Source: an uncultured virus (IMG/VR IMGVR_UViG_2061766007_000892)
Taxonomy: Duplodnaviria; Heunggongvirae; Uroviricota; Caudoviricetes
Direction: 5' to 3' (one strand)
Length of the DNA: 63,982 bases
Virus record (IMG/VR): IMGVR_UViG_2061766007_000892
Below are positions 36,519 to 47,912 of the stretch, piece by piece (the stretch's first letter is position 1; each line of letters opens with the position of its first letter). Under the pieces are notes generated by a model. That model searched no databases, had not been told where the DNA came from, and worked only from the letters and a program-made list of their open reading frames with translations. Both the position numbers and the translations under genes were made by a program.

Positions 36519-38259
36519 CTTATTTTCATCTTTTACTAACTCATAATCATCAATAAATACTTGAATTGATGTGCGGCCGGCGAAAGTATTTAGATTTGCG
36601 CGCCCATAAACTGTAAGTTTATCCATTCTATTATTCATAACGGTGTCAACAAAATCCATATCCTTAAATCTTACATAATCAATACCATTACAAGAAATCT
36701 TCATACTATCCTTATTCGCGCCCATGGCCATAACATTTGAAAGTGTAATGTTTTTGATTACAAATTTAATTTCATCTATATGATTACCGAAAAACTCTGG
36801 GTGCGAAGCTAACACCATGAGCAGTTCAGTATTATTATCACCAGCATCAAGAATATAATCCACCGTATAACACTTTTTAAAATCATCATCATTAAGAACT
36901 TCGTTACTATAACTTAATAGTCGTTCATCTAATGTAGCATTAATTCCAAAGCCTGCCGCGNNNNNNNNNNNNNNNNNNNNNNAAGGAATTGCTTAAAGCT
37001 GGGCAGGCCAGCGAAATTTCCGCTGCTACGAATACTTCCATTGATTTCCCCTTTGTCATTACAACGACCAATCATAACTGGCTTATTATATTTATTTACA
37101 ATAGCCATTGCGACTAGTCCAGNNNNNNNNNNNNNNNNNNNNNNNNNNNNNNNNNNNNNNNNNNNNNNNNNNNNNNNNNGTTCAATTTCTACTAAAATAA
37201 TATTATTGCTTGCCAAATCATTCTTTTGAATTTTAAAATCAATTAAGTCAATGGCCTTTTCTTTTAACTTATCTTGGCGGGCCTTTGCGNNNNNNNNNNN
37301 NNNNNNNNNNNNNNNNNNNNNNNNNNNNNNNNNNNNNNNNNNNNNNNNNNNNNNNNNNNNNNNNNNNNNNNNNNNNNNNNTTTCATTGACCCAACACGAG
37401 TTAGGGCATTAATTAAGGGAGCGATATAGAAGGCAACGTCAATAGGAGTTAAGCCGCTCCATGGAAAAGTAGCTTTTTCCTTTAAGGAATATGATTGCGA
37501 TGCCAGTAAAGTCTGAAAGCCCTTATTTTGAATATTAGAAAGGCCCTCAAGCATAAGATAGTTAGTTTCAGTTGTTGTCCTATCCATAACATCAGCGATT
37601 TCTCCAAGTGCAACTAAATCCATATATTCCTGCGCTTGATGAATACCAAGAATTTCATCTAACACTTCACAGAATTTATATACTATACCCGCGCCGCAAA
37701 GAGACTTATTTTTATAATGTGGAGAAAGCTGATTATTTACTATTACTGTATTTGTAGCAGTAGAAATAACGGGATTGCCATCAGTATCATAAAGTTGTTC
37801 GTGGTGGTCTAGCACAAGGCAGTCAATATTTAAGTCTGCTAATCGTGCATGTTCTTCTACATCGTAACTCGCGGAATCTGGACAAATGACCAAATCAATA
37901 TCATTTAAAGTTTCTAACCAATCAATTTTATCATCAAGTCCGTGCTGCTTATGCTCGTGCAATGTAAAATTAAGATTAGCCTTTGGAAAAATATGCTTAA
38001 TATAAAGCCATAAGATTGATGATGAAGTAAAGCCATCACAATCTGAATCTACGATAAACATAATTTTACTATCCGCGCGCAAATGTCTTAATAGCATATC
38101 TGCGGCTAAATCAATATTTTCAAGTCCATATGGATCTAATTCGCATTTTGAAGTTGGATATAAAAAATTTTCAATATCTTTTACGCCACGGTCAATTAAA
38201 ATTTCTTGAAGGGCGTAGTCTGGATTAATTGTATAGTTCTTTCTTAATCTATATTGCAT
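36519..38259 (-). CDS. recJ: RecJ-like DHH ssDNA exonuclease (gapped)
   Basis: IVDSDCDGFTS, HGL, LDHH, LCGAGIVYK, LVALGEIADVM, IAPLINA, GSIRS, AAGF. Confidence 0.9.
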
Positions 38260-38275
38260 AAATATTACTCCTATC

Positions 38276-39378
38276 TTATTTNNNNNNNNNNNGTTCAAAA
38301 ACTTCTTTTCCCTTATCAAATGGAGAATCCTTTTCCTCCAATACATTATCATAATCCCATATGTAAGAAAAAACAGCCTGATTGCTATATTTACGACACA
38401 TAGATATTATTCGTTCTTTATACTTACGAGCCTTTTCAGTTCTCCAATCTGTATATTCTTTATCTAATGCTATGATAATTTCATTTGCACCTAAAATATC
38501 AGTTAATAAACTGATATGATATTTATTAAAAGTTGAACCACAACATGCAACACAATTGCTTAAATCACCATAATAACCATCATCTAGTAATACTGATTTT
38601 TCAGCTTCTGCTATAATTGCTTGTTGTCGTCTTTTAATACCATTTTGATGTTCATATATACCATACAAATTAAATTGTAATTGATGAGTATATAATATTT
38701 TTCCTATTTGTAGTGGACGATATTTACCATAAAGCTCTGCTTCTTCTTTATTAAAAGTTCGCCCACGAATACCTATTAATCTACCGTTTATATCAAAGTG
38801 AGGAATAACTACTTTATTTTGAGTTAGTGAAAATCCTATATGAAATTTATCCATAGCCTCTTTTGTAATACCATCTTGTAGCCAAGATGGATGATAATAA
38901 TGAGTAAAATATGATANNNNNNNNNNNNNNNNNATACTGGAATATTTGTTTTAAATTTATATCGTTCCGAATCTATTATTAAATCATTAGTGCGTTTTTG
39001 TGTAGAAACGATTATATGTTTTAAGCATTGTTTGACATAATCTTCTGCTTCTTCTAAGGTTACAGGATAATGATTGATCGCCATATATTTTTGATATAAT
39101 TTAAATATGGACATCGCTTCATTACATTCTGTATAACATCTAAAAATTTTATTATTTTGATACCAATACAGTTTCATAGATTCTGCTTCATTGATAGGGT
39201 TATGACAAATTGTAGGACACACAAGATATTGTTTTTCTTCATTAACCATTATCTGTGTTACTCCAAGACTTTCAAGAAAATTCTTTACATCATGAAGTGT
39301 AATTGAATCTATAATATCCTTTTTGGAAGCAGTAATGAAATCTAAATTAGTATCTTGATTTTTTAATGTTTGTATCAT
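38276..39378 (-). CDS. DNA primase (Zn-binding + TOPRIM)
   Basis: CPTICH...FRCYTEC; VIPHFDINGRLIGIRGR; KYRP; AEAEKSV; IIIALDKE. One gap splits the ORF track. Confidence 0.88.
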
Positions 39379-40971
39379 GTTAGCACTCCAATTAAATCAC
39401 GCCAATTGCATATCATTTCTTCATTAGTTGTAGAATAAGCAGTAGATTGCCAATCTATTATTTCGCCGCTAATTGTTGTCATAAATAAATCTAGTCTACG
39501 ACCTGTACCTAAATGTATATGTGACCATATTCTTACTCCACGATAACGTCCTCGTCTCATTTTATAAATATCTATAATATGAGTTGGTTTATAATCTTCA
39601 TTTTCTAAATAGTTCGCATCTACTTTTCCTTCACGTGCTTTTTGTCTAAATTTGGGTAATAAATCATTCCAAATATCATCATTTACACGGCTCATTACAC
39701 AACCCATATCGCATTTATCGGCAACTGCTTTTGAACCACGAATACATGATTCATCTTTAAATTCTCCATCGCCTTCCATGCCTTTCGCGTTTACTTGTGT
39801 AGCAGAAAAAATAAAAACGCCATAGTCTTTTGCAATTTGTTTTAATTGGTTTGCCATCATCATAAGAATAACATCTTCGCGCAAACCATTTTTCGCAAAT
39901 TGATTCATCATACTTGCGGTTGAATGGATGTAGTCAAAAAATACATATTTAACTTTATCTACTGTTGTATATTTTTTAATTGTAGTTTCCACATTTATAA
40001 GATTGGGGTCACTAATTGCTTCAATTAAAAAGTATCCTTGATATTTCTGCATAATGGTACCAGCATACTTAACTCGCTCTTCTTCACCTATATCATATTT
40101 ACCATTTAAAATATGTGCTTCATCTACGCCAGATAAGTATGCTAACATAATTGTTTGAATTTCTTCTATATCCATTTCTGTTACGATGAATAACACTTTA
40201 CGAGGTTGGCGTGGTTCATCAAAATCTAAATCACGAATAAAAGTTCCTTTTTCATGCGACCATCTTTCTGGATATGCTAAACGACAAGCATCAAATACAG
40301 AAGTTCTTGATTTACCTGCATTTGTACTTGCAGATTTTAAAAATAAACACCCTTCACGTGCGCCTCTACAAGCGTTTGTAAAAATTTCTCCTTCTAAATG
40401 TGGACCAGAATCTGGTCTTTCTTTTAATGACTCAATAAGAGAAAAAATATTATTCGCAGGATCAGTTTTTTCTTTTTTACCATTAATGAAATTATTTTTA
40501 ATTTCATTAAATTTTCCTTCTACAGAATTAAGAATATCATCTATTGAAGACTGTTCTAGCCGTTTTTTTATTTCATCTTCTTTTAATGGGTCTATACTAT
40601 CTTTGTCTTCAATATAAAAATCGCTTATATCATAATGCTGTTTTTGAAGATGATATAATAATGAATATTTTTTTACTCTTGTATAATATAGATCAAAATT
40701 TGATGGTTCAGCATATTCATAAGATGCATTTAAAAATTCTATGCCACCATTAGAAAAATATTCATTTGCAGCGGCAGTATCTCTATTATTCTCAAATTCT
40801 TGGTCTATTGAATAAGGCGTTAATGTTTTCGCGCCCGCTTCATACATTTTTTTAATTGNNNNNNNNNNNNNNNNNNNNNNNNTCTATATCTGGATATTCC
40901 AAAAATAATAAAGTATTATACATTAGGCTGCCAATGATTTGACGATAAGCAGGTCTATCAATCAAATTCAT
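39375..40971 (-). CDS. DnaB-like replicative helicase
   Basis: Walker A ASTNAGKS, FIVTEM, FFDYIH, SATQVN, IRGSKAVADK, KMRRGR. Start MNLIDRPAY at 40971 with an AGGAG RBS. Confidence 0.88.
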
Positions 40972-40981
40972 TTAACCACTC

Positions 40982-41479
40982 CTATTCATCAAAAAAATAG
41001 TCATCTATATTCCATTCTTTTTGTTGTTTTATATTTTCTCTTATCTTTATTTGTGGTAAGTCTTTTGTTTTTGTTGTGCCATCAATAATAGCGTTTACAA
41101 TACTATTTTCTTTAAATTCTTTAGCTCGTTTATATTGTAGCATTTCTTCTACTAATGGAGGCTTGACTATGCCAAGTACTTTCTCTAATACAACATATCC
41201 TTTTACTTTATATGCGTATTCTAAACAATCAATAATTGTTTTATCGGTGTATCCGTATGTTTTGTATAAATCTGCTTTTCTTTTATTTATTGTAGACCAA
41301 GATATATCTTTTTTATAAAATTCTGCTACTTTAGTATAAAAATATTCTGATTCTTTTATAGCGCTTAAACAAGCAGGACAATAACGATGTGGATTTTTAG
41401 AACGCAATGTCACATATTCAACTAAGTCATTTCTTGGAATTTGTTCTCCACATTTATAGCATTTTAATGTTGGTTTCAT
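40982..41479 (-). CDS. Zn-finger protein upstream of the helicase (possible loader/initiator)
   Basis: CYKC...CPAC. Has its own promoter. Ends TAG, or TGA 40958-40960 if read through. Confidence 0.55.
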   Translation of the reverse strand: MKPTLKCYKCGEQIPRNDLVEYVTLRSKNPHRYCPACLSAIKESEYFYTKVAEFYKKDISWSTINKRKADLYKTYGYTDKTIIDCLEYAYKVKGYVVLEKVLGIVKPPLVEEMLQYKRAKEFKENSIVNAIIDGTTKTKDLPQIKIRENIKQQKEWNIDDYFFDE

Positions 41480-41500
41480 TATTTTTCCCTCCTACTATTT

Positions 41501-41529
41501 AGTATACCATAGATTTGAAAAAAAGTCAA
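41501..41529 (-). promoter_or_regulatory. sigmaA-type promoter
   Basis: TTGACT-17 bp-TATACT with TG extension. Confidence 0.75.
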
Positions 41530-41530
41530 T

Positions 41531-41556
41531 AAAAAAAGACCTATACAGGTCTTTTC
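41531..41556 (-). terminator. Intrinsic terminator
   Basis: AAAAGACCT-GTAT-AGGTCTTTTTTT directly after the AAA gene stop. Confidence 0.7.
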
Positions 41557-42561
41557 TTATTCCATAATTTCTTTCATTTCATCTATGAATAACTCAACAA
41601 GGTCACTTTGCGAGGGGACGGCTTGACTAAGTTTAAATGTTTCTGTGCCAAACACACGCTTGATAATATCTTTAGCAATATTAAAATGTTGCTCTTTTGC
41701 TTCATCTGTTTCGGCTTCATTGATATATGCTTGCCAAATTGCTTTAGCCTCTTCCATAATTTCATTAAATGGACGAGCCTTAATTTGCGCGATAACTGTA
41801 TGGTCAGTTACTTCTGCTCCATCCTTTTCAACAGCTTGGTCAATTGCATCACCAATCGCATCAACTAGTTCTTGATAACCAAACTTAATCTTTGGTGCCA
41901 AGTACTGATAGCGACTGCCCGCAAATACTGTTGGTGTAGAACGTGTGTATAAATAACGCTCAGATGTTCCATCACTATTCATTTGGACTTGTAAGTATCC
42001 AATAATATCTACAATACTATTTATAATACCATAGCATTGATTAGGAAGATCTGGAGCAACAGCAGTAATTTCATTGCCTTCTTCATCACGCATTTCAGTT
42101 GGCTTATCTTTACTGTGTGCGATAAATAGAATACCGAAACCAAGAAGTGTAATTTCACGCCAGCATTCAGAGAACTCATTTCGTAACATACCCCAGCCTT
42201 GGCCCCAAGGAATTTCTCTAATAGAGTCTACGCTTTCACGCTGACAAATGTACTTTTCACAAAGTTGCCACGCAATAGAAGCGGTATCTACTACAATGCT
42301 ATCATACATTTCACGCGCCTGTGGCTTGCGCAGTTGTGTAAGAACCTTGCGGAAATCACTCCAACGAAGGATTGGCACACTACGAATACCAGCTAAGGCA
42401 TTGGTGCCTTGTTCAAAATTTAGAAACAATGAACGAGGAAGTTGAGAACCAAATGTAGACTTACCGGTTTTTGGTTGTCCATAAATTAGTAAGAACTTTC
42501 CCTTTAAATCACGAGAAATCTTACTTGGTTCAAGAGAGAAAATATCAATATCGTTTGCCAT
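41557..42561 (-). CDS. AAA_24 / Sak4-like ATPase (ssDNA-annealing recombinase family)
   Basis: LIYGQPKTGKST, FEQG, IVVDT, WGQGW, LFIAH, VDIIGY; next to an SSB. Confidence 0.8.
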   Translation of the reverse strand: MANDIDIFSLEPSKISRDLKGKFLLIYGQPKTGKSTFGSQLPRSLFLNFEQGTNALAGIRSVPILRWSDFRKVLTQLRKPQAREMYDSIVVDTASIAWQLCEKYICQRESVDSIREIPWGQGWGMLRNEFSECWREITLLGFGILFIAHSKDKPTEMRDEEGNEITAVAPDLPNQCYGIINSIVDIIGYLQVQMNSDGTSERYLYTRSTPTVFAGSRYQYLAPKIKFGYQELVDAIGDAIDQAVEKDGAEVTDHTVIAQIKARPFNEIMEEAKAIWQAYINEAETDEAKEQHFNIAKDIIKRVFGTETFKLSQAVPSQSDLVELFIDEMKEIME

Positions 42562-42601
42562 ATGCTATCCCTCCTTAGAAAATGAGAATAAGGTTTTCAC
42601 C

Positions 42602-43507
42602 TTATTCCCAATCATAGGACTTAGCAGCCTTGGCTGGCTCCTTAGCTGCCTTGGGAGCATTACCCTTCTTGGCATCAATCTGTAGCTGTTCAATCATTGC
42701 CTTACGGACATTGAAAGCCTTCTTGATGTCAGTCTTATCATAGGCAAACTCTTCCTCATAAGGCTCATCGCTACCCTTGGTAATGACTAGCTGACGTACC
42801 GTGCGAGTTGTTGTCTCAGGCACGTCCTCACCCCAAGAGCTTTCAGTTGCCTTTGGCTTATCTTCAATAGCGGTAACACGAATACGACCACGAACCTCTA
42901 CGGTGTCATCAATATTCCAATTACGCTCAATATAATCAATAGTATCGGGATTTTCAACGATAAACTCTACAACATCTAGCTTACCCTGATACTGAACAAT
43001 TGCGCCCTTAATGATTAACTTACCAGTCTCTTCACCTTCACGGTCAACCTCTGGCTTCATATCCATAATGTAGACATCAATTACAAAAGAAGCAACATCA
43101 GCAGTCGCACCAGAATTGATAAAACTAGTATTAATCTGCCAACCATGAATTAGCTGGCCACTATTACGAGAAACGAAGTTATTCTCGCGTAGGTTCGCAC
43201 CAGAAACACGAACGGTATCGGCATTATCAATACCAACCATCTGTGCGGTCTTCATTTCGGCTAGGTTCTCAATCTGAGTATAACCAGGATTTAGCTTGTT
43301 CTGCTGAGTATACTGTGCAGCGAACATACTAACTGGGATTTCACTAGTCTCTTCGCGCCCTCCATAAGTCTGGGTTACGCGAATTGTAAGATTCGCACGC
43401 TTATACTTGCGGCCATCACTTAGTGTGCCATCATTAATTACTGCGTCTAGTAGCTTGCCAACAACATTAATCTTGTTATTTGCCTGTGTCATAATATCCT
43501 TGCTCAT
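42602..43507 (-). CDS. Single-stranded DNA-binding protein (tandem OB-fold-like)
   Basis: NKINVVGKL...; DTVEVRGRI; acidic/aromatic C-terminus (SYDWE); position beside the Sak4-like gene. Confidence 0.6.
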   Translation of the reverse strand: MSKDIMTQANNKINVVGKLLDAVINDGTLSDGRKYKRANLTIRVTQTYGGREETSEIPVSMFAAQYTQQNKLNPGYTQIENLAEMKTAQMVGIDNADTVRVSGANLRENNFVSRNSGQLIHGWQINTSFINSGATADVASFVIDVYIMDMKPEVDREGEETGKLIIKGAIVQYQGKLDVVEFIVENPDTIDYIERNWNIDDTVEVRGRIRVTAIEDKPKATESSWGEDVPETTTRTVRQLVITKGSDEPYEEEFAYDKTDIKKAFNVRKAMIEQLQIDAKKGNAPKAAKEPAKAAKSYDWE

Positions 43508-43540
43508 ATTACATTTCTCCTTTATCTTTTCTTTATCTTT

Positions 43541-43569
43541 ATTATATCATAATTTTTATATGTTGTCAA
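43541..43569 (-). promoter_or_regulatory. sigmaA-type promoter
   Basis: TTGACA-17 bp-TATAAT with TG extension. Confidence 0.85.
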
Positions 43570-43572
43570 GAT

Positions 43573-43605
43573 AAAACTAAGGCGATTCCACGAGGGAATC
43601 GCCCT
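43573..43605 (-). terminator. Hairpin / probable terminator
   Basis: GGCGATTCC-CTCGT-GGAATCGCC followed by TTAGTTTT. Confidence 0.65.
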
Positions 43606-43616
43606 CATTTGTTCTA

Positions 43617-43980
43617 TTAGGCGTTCTCCTTGGCAGCCTTAGCAGCAGCGCGCTCAGCAGCCTTACGCTCCTTCTCAGCAGCCTTAGCGGCCTGCTTAGC
43701 CTCTTCCTCAGCAACTGGATCATAGGCTAGANNNNNNNNNNNNNNNNNNNNNNNNNNNNNNNNNNNTCTTAACCTTCGCCTTGCGAGTGTCAGTAGCAGG
43801 CTCAACCTCAACCTCTTCTAGACGCTCAGTAACATAACCCTTCTTAACTAGGCCATTAATGGAACCGGTAACTGCGGGAATGGAAATGTTTAGTGCCTCA
43901 GCAATTTCCTGCTTAGTAAATTCCTTTCCAAAGTTCTTCTTCAAAAAATTAAGGGTTAACTCGCTATTAGGTGTAATCAT
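43617..43980 (-). CDS. Winged-helix DNA-binding protein with Ala/Lys-rich tail
   Basis: FTKQEIAEALNISIPAVTGSINGLVKKGYV...; C-terminus AKQAAKAAEKERKAAERAAAKAAKENA; one gap. Confidence 0.7.
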
Positions 43981-44875
43981 AGTACATCATTCTCCTTTTT
44001 ATTAAATAAATCTTATTTTTGTAAATGGNNNNNNNNNNNNNNNNNNNNNNNNNNNNNNNNNNNNNNNNNNNNNNNNNNNNNNNNNNNNNNNNNNNNNNNN
44101 NNNNNNNNNNNNNNNNNNNNNNNNNNNNNNNNNNNNNNNNNNNNNNNNNNNNNNNNNNNNNNNNNNNNNNNNNNNNNNNNNNNNNNNNNNNNNNNNNNNN
44201 NNNNNNNNNNNNNNNNNNNNNNNNNNNNNNNNNNNNNNNNNNNNNNNNNNNNNNNNNNNNNNNNNNNNNNNNNNNNNNNNNNNNNNNNNNNNNNNNNNNN
44301 NNNNNNNNNNNNNNNNNNNNNNNNNNNNNNNNNNNNNNNNNNNNNNNNNNNNNNNNNNNNNNNNNNNNNNNNNNNNNNNNNNNNNNNNNNNNNNNNNNNN
44401 NNNNNNNNNNNNNNNNNNNNNNNNNNNNNNNNNNNNNNNNNNNNNNNNNNNNNNNNNNNNNNNNNNNNNNNNNNNNNNNNNNNNNNNNNNNNNNNNNNNN
44501 NNNNNNNNNNNNNNNNNNNNNNNNNNNNNNNNNNNNNNNNNNNNNNNNNNNNNNNNNNNNNNNNNNNNNNNNNNNNNNNNNNNNNNNNNNNNNNNNNNNN
44601 NNNNNNNNNNNNNNNNNNNNNNNNNNNNNNNNNNNNNNNNNNNNNNNNNNNNNNNNNNNNNNNNNNNNNNNNNNNNNNNNNNNNNNNNNNNNNNNNNNNN
44701 NNNNNNNNNNNNNNNNNNNNNNNNNNNNNNNNNNNNNNNNNNNNNNNNNNNNNNNNNNNNNNNNNNNNNNNNNNNNNNNNNNNNNNNNNNNNNNNNNNNN
44801 NNNNNNNNNNNNNNNNNNNNNNNNNNNNNNNNNNNNNNNNNNNNNNNNNNNNNNNNNNNNNNNNNNNNNNNNNNN

Positions 44876-44903
44876 TTATATTATAAATTTAGAAAAAAGT
44901 CAA
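44876..44903 (-). promoter_or_regulatory. sigmaA-type promoter firing into the 44029-44875 gap
   Basis: TTGACT-17 bp-TATAA(N). Confidence 0.6.
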
Positions 44904-44904
44904 A

Positions 44905-45306
44905 TTATTCAGAATCTTCTTCATTTGATTCTGTATCTTCCTTAATCTCAAATAAACTTTCTGCAAGTTCTGTAGTTTCAGAAGCATCGGCATTATTAAT
45001 TTGATCTAGCTTAGGAATAATATCAATCTTATATCCCTGTAAGGCCTTTTGTTCATTCTTAATACGAGCATCTAGCTGATTGGTAACAATAATCGCGCCA
45101 ACAAGTAAACGAGCATAATCAGCCTTATCTAATACTTCGTCAGTTCCAAGCTTATCGTGTAAATTGAGGAAGTCATTTCGCATTGTTTCTGCGGTTTGAT
45201 AACCCTTTTCTTCGTTATTCTTTTTATGCTCTTCCATTACTTGTTCTGCTAGGTTAGCAGTGGTTTGAGCAATCAAAGTAAATAATTCTATATATCTCTT
45301 ATCCAT
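44905..45306 (-). CDS. Hypothetical helical protein
   Basis: 133-aa ORF with a GGAG RBS, downstream of gyrA. Confidence 0.65.
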   Translation of the reverse strand: MDKRYIELFTLIAQTTANLAEQVMEEHKKNNEEKGYQTAETMRNDFLNLHDKLGTDEVLDKADYARLLVGAIIVTNQLDARIKNEQKALQGYKIDIIPKLDQINNADASETTELAESLFEIKEDTESNEEDSE

Positions 45307-45318
45307 ATTATTTCTCCA

Positions 45319-47697
45319 TTACATAATTTCAATTCCACTTTCTACTCCGCGTGCATCAATAATACGAACTCCACTAGTTACACGGTTTTGAATGGGAATA
45401 GAATCAACATTTAATAAAACCGCTTTATTATTGGTAGTAATAAATATCTTTTCTTGCGCTTCTGGTACAGCAAATACTGTTGCTAAAGTTTCTGTCTTTA
45501 AATCCATTACTTGTGGGCCTTTAATCGCACGGCTAGTTGTATTGAAATCTTCTATCTTAGTAATTTTACCTTTACCAGTAGTGGTAATAGTTAAAAGACC
45601 ACGATAATTTATATCCTTTTTTACTAGGGTCGCCGCGCAAATAGTTTCAGTTGCTCCTAACTTAATAGCCTTAACACCTTTAGTCATTCTTCCAGTAGCA
45701 GAAACCTCGCCAATTTCATAGAAGTTATAATTACCAGCGCTACCAGTAATAAAAATTTTATCTTCATCACTCATAGAAAGATATACTCCGACAAGTCTGT
45801 CATCAGTATCTAACTTCATTACGGCAGTGCCTTTCTTGGCCCGCACATTATATTCACGAGTTGCTGTCTTTTTAATATAACCCTTCTTACTTATGGTTAC
45901 TAAATTATGATATGCGTTGAAGGAAGTCGTATCTATTAGTAGCAGGACTTTTTCATTATCTTGTAGAACAATTAGTTCATAAACAGAATAGTCCTTTCCA
46001 TAATCTAAATCAGCCAAAGAAAAATTATACATACAACCAGCATTGGTGAATGCGGCAACAACTCCAAGGTTAGTTGTATACAAAGTATTGATTAGGTTCG
46101 CGCCCTTCGGAGGCTTAATATTTACACCCTTTCGCCCACGCTTTCCACCTTGTAAATCTTCTTTCTTAACAAGACGCAGCATATTATTATCAAATAACAT
46201 TACGCCAACTTCTTCTTCTTGAATTTGCTGTTCCTCGTTATCTTCATTTTCTACAATATTTAAAATCTTTGTACGACGAGCGTCGCCATATTTATCAGCC
46301 ACTACCTGNNNNNNNNNNNNNNNCAAAGCGGTAGTATCAAATAATAAGTGGCGATACTCCTCTATTTTTCTTTTAAGTTCTTCTAGTTCATCATTTAATT
46401 TGATAGCATCTATTTTTGTTAATGAAGAAAGTTTCATAGCGAGAATTGCCTTTGTTTGTTCTTCATTGAACTTAAAACGAGCAATAAGTTTTTCAGATGC
46501 TTCTGCTGGATTTTGAGAAGAGCGAATAATTGCTACGACTTCATCAATAGAAGCTGCCGCAAGAATAAGTCCTTCTACTACATTTTCGCGTGCGAGTGCT
46601 TTATCCAAATCAAATTGAATAATATTGCGTTTACATTCACGAATATGGATAATGTAAGCATCACATGCTTCACGCCAACCAAATACTTTTGGAAAGCGTC
46701 CATTATCCAGTAGAATCATATTAATAGCATACCAATTTTCAAGGCTTGTATCCTTATAAAGCTTGGCTATCATTCGCTTTGGATTTGCGCCTTTTGAAAG
46801 ATAGATACGAATATCTGCTGCTTTCTTAGTATGGTCTACTACTCGTTCTATTCCATAACTTTCATTTTCATTTGTAAGGGCGGCCAGTTGGTCAATAATA
46901 GTGTTTGTAAAGACACCATAAGGTAGTTCAGTAGCCTGAATCATATGCTGGTCGGGGAAATATTCAAGTTTTGCTTTAAGACGAATAGATTCACCCTTGC
47001 CGTTCTTTAGACTCTCACGAACCGCTTTCGCATTTGTAATGGTTCCACCAGTCGCAAAATCAGGAGCACAATAAATTTCATTGAAACTTACATTGGGATT
47101 CTGAATAATTTTAATTAGTGCCTCGTTGACTTCGCGCAGGTTAAATTGCGGAACAGATGTTGCCATAGCAACAGCAATACCCGAACATCCATTTACAATA
47201 TTCCAAAATCCAATTGAAGGCAATACAGAAGGAATCATTTCTGTATCATCGTAGTTGGAATACCATTGTTCTCCAATCGCATTTTTCTTTAGACCAGCAA
47301 AGAAATAATCTGCCATTTCACCAGCGCGCATTTCAACATAACGTGCGGCCGCATGGCTATCTGGGGAAGATGGGTTGCCATAGTTGCCTTGGACTTCTTC
47401 AATAGGATAGCGATATGACCAAGGACGAGCAGTTCGTATGAAAGTATCATACATTGCTACATCGCCATGAACATATGATTGAGCCATTGCCGCGGCAACT
47501 GATTTTTGTGCTTTTTGAAACTTATCTTTGTGTGTTATCTTGTTAGAAAATTGAGCGTACAATCCTTGACGTAAGCCAATTTTTAGAAAATCCCTAGCAT
47601 CCGGTATTGCACGTTCCTGTGCCACCGAAGCGGCGTAAGTCAAGAAAGCTCCTTCAATTTGTTTTTGAAAATCAGTTTCGTAAATCAAATTGTTCAC
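45319..47697 (-). CDS. gyrA: Type IIA topoisomerase subunit A (GyrA/ParC-like)
   Basis: RAIPDARD, YVHGD, catalytic AAARYVE, APDFATGG, TELPYG, and C-terminal pinwheel repeats (GRMTKGVK, NRVTSGVR) with GyrA-box-like QGGKRGRKG. Confidence 0.92.
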   Translation of the reverse strand: MNNLIYETDFQKQIEGAFLTYAASVAQERAIPDARDFLKIGLRQGLYAQFSNKITHKDKFQKAQKSVAAAMAQSYVHGDVAMYDTFIRTARPWSYRYPIEEVQGNYGNPSSPDSHAAARYVEMRAGEMADYFFAGLKKNAIGEQWYSNYDDTEMIPSVLPSIGFWNIVNGCSGIAVAMATSVPQFNLREVNEALIKIIQNPNVSFNEIYCAPDFATGGTITNAKAVRESLKNGKGESIRLKAKLEYFPDQHMIQATELPYGVFTNTIIDQLAALTNENESYGIERVVDHTKKAADIRIYLSKGANPKRMIAKLYKDTSLENWYAINMILLDNGRFPKVFGWREACDAYIIHIRECKRNIIQFDLDKALARENVVEGLILAAASIDEVVAIIRSSQNPAEASEKLIARFKFNEEQTKAILAMKLSSLTKIDAIKLNDELEELKRKIEEYRHLLFDTTALXXXXXQVVADKYGDARRTKILNIVENEDNEEQQIQEEEVGVMLFDNNMLRLVKKEDLQGGKRGRKGVNIKPPKGANLINTLYTTNLGVVAAFTNAGCMYNFSLADLDYGKDYSVYELIVLQDNEKVLLLIDTTSFNAYHNLVTISKKGYIKKTATREYNVRAKKGTAVMKLDTDDRLVGVYLSMSDEDKIFITGSAGNYNFYEIGEVSATGRMTKGVKAIKLGATETICAATLVKKDINYRGLLTITTTGKGKITKIEDFNTTSRAIKGPQVMDLKTETLATVFAVPEAQEKIFITTNNKAVLLNVDSIPIQNRVTSGVRIIDARGVESGIEIM

Positions 47698-47717
47698 TTC
47701 CTTTTCTTATTTATTAT

Positions 47718-47746
47718 ATTATAGCATAATTTTAAGGAGAAGTCAA
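47718..47746 (-). promoter_or_regulatory. sigmaA-type promoter
   Basis: TTGACT-17 bp-TATAAT with TG extension, upstream of gyrA. Confidence 0.8.
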
Positions 47747-47905
47747 TTATTTAAAAATCTCTGGAGCATAGTGCTCTAATGCCTGATAGATACGAAAGAC
47801 TGGAATTAGCCTTCCACCATTTGTATAAATTTGTTCGTTATCAAAGAAACTATAATCGTCTATAAATTCGTCAATAGTTTCAGGAAAACTCATCATATCT
47901 GCCAT
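47747..47905 (-). CDS. Small hypothetical protein (52 aa) between gyrB and gyrA
   Basis: GAGG RBS; MADMMSFPETIDEFIDDYSFFDNEQIYTNGGRLIPVFRIYQALEHYAPEIFK*. Confidence 0.6.
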   Translation of the reverse strand: MADMMSFPETIDEFIDDYSFFDNEQIYTNGGRLIPVFRIYQALEHYAPEIFK

Positions 47906-47912
47906 AAATACC

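Noticed and set aside
32514..38352. Split dnaE/recJ suggesting introns, inteins or pseudogenes
   Set aside because: Breaks occur only at N-gaps, coding frames are open on both sides, and no intein or intron motifs were seen.
44025..44945. 306-aa ORF
   Set aside because: Almost entirely N; content unknown, although a promoter points into it.
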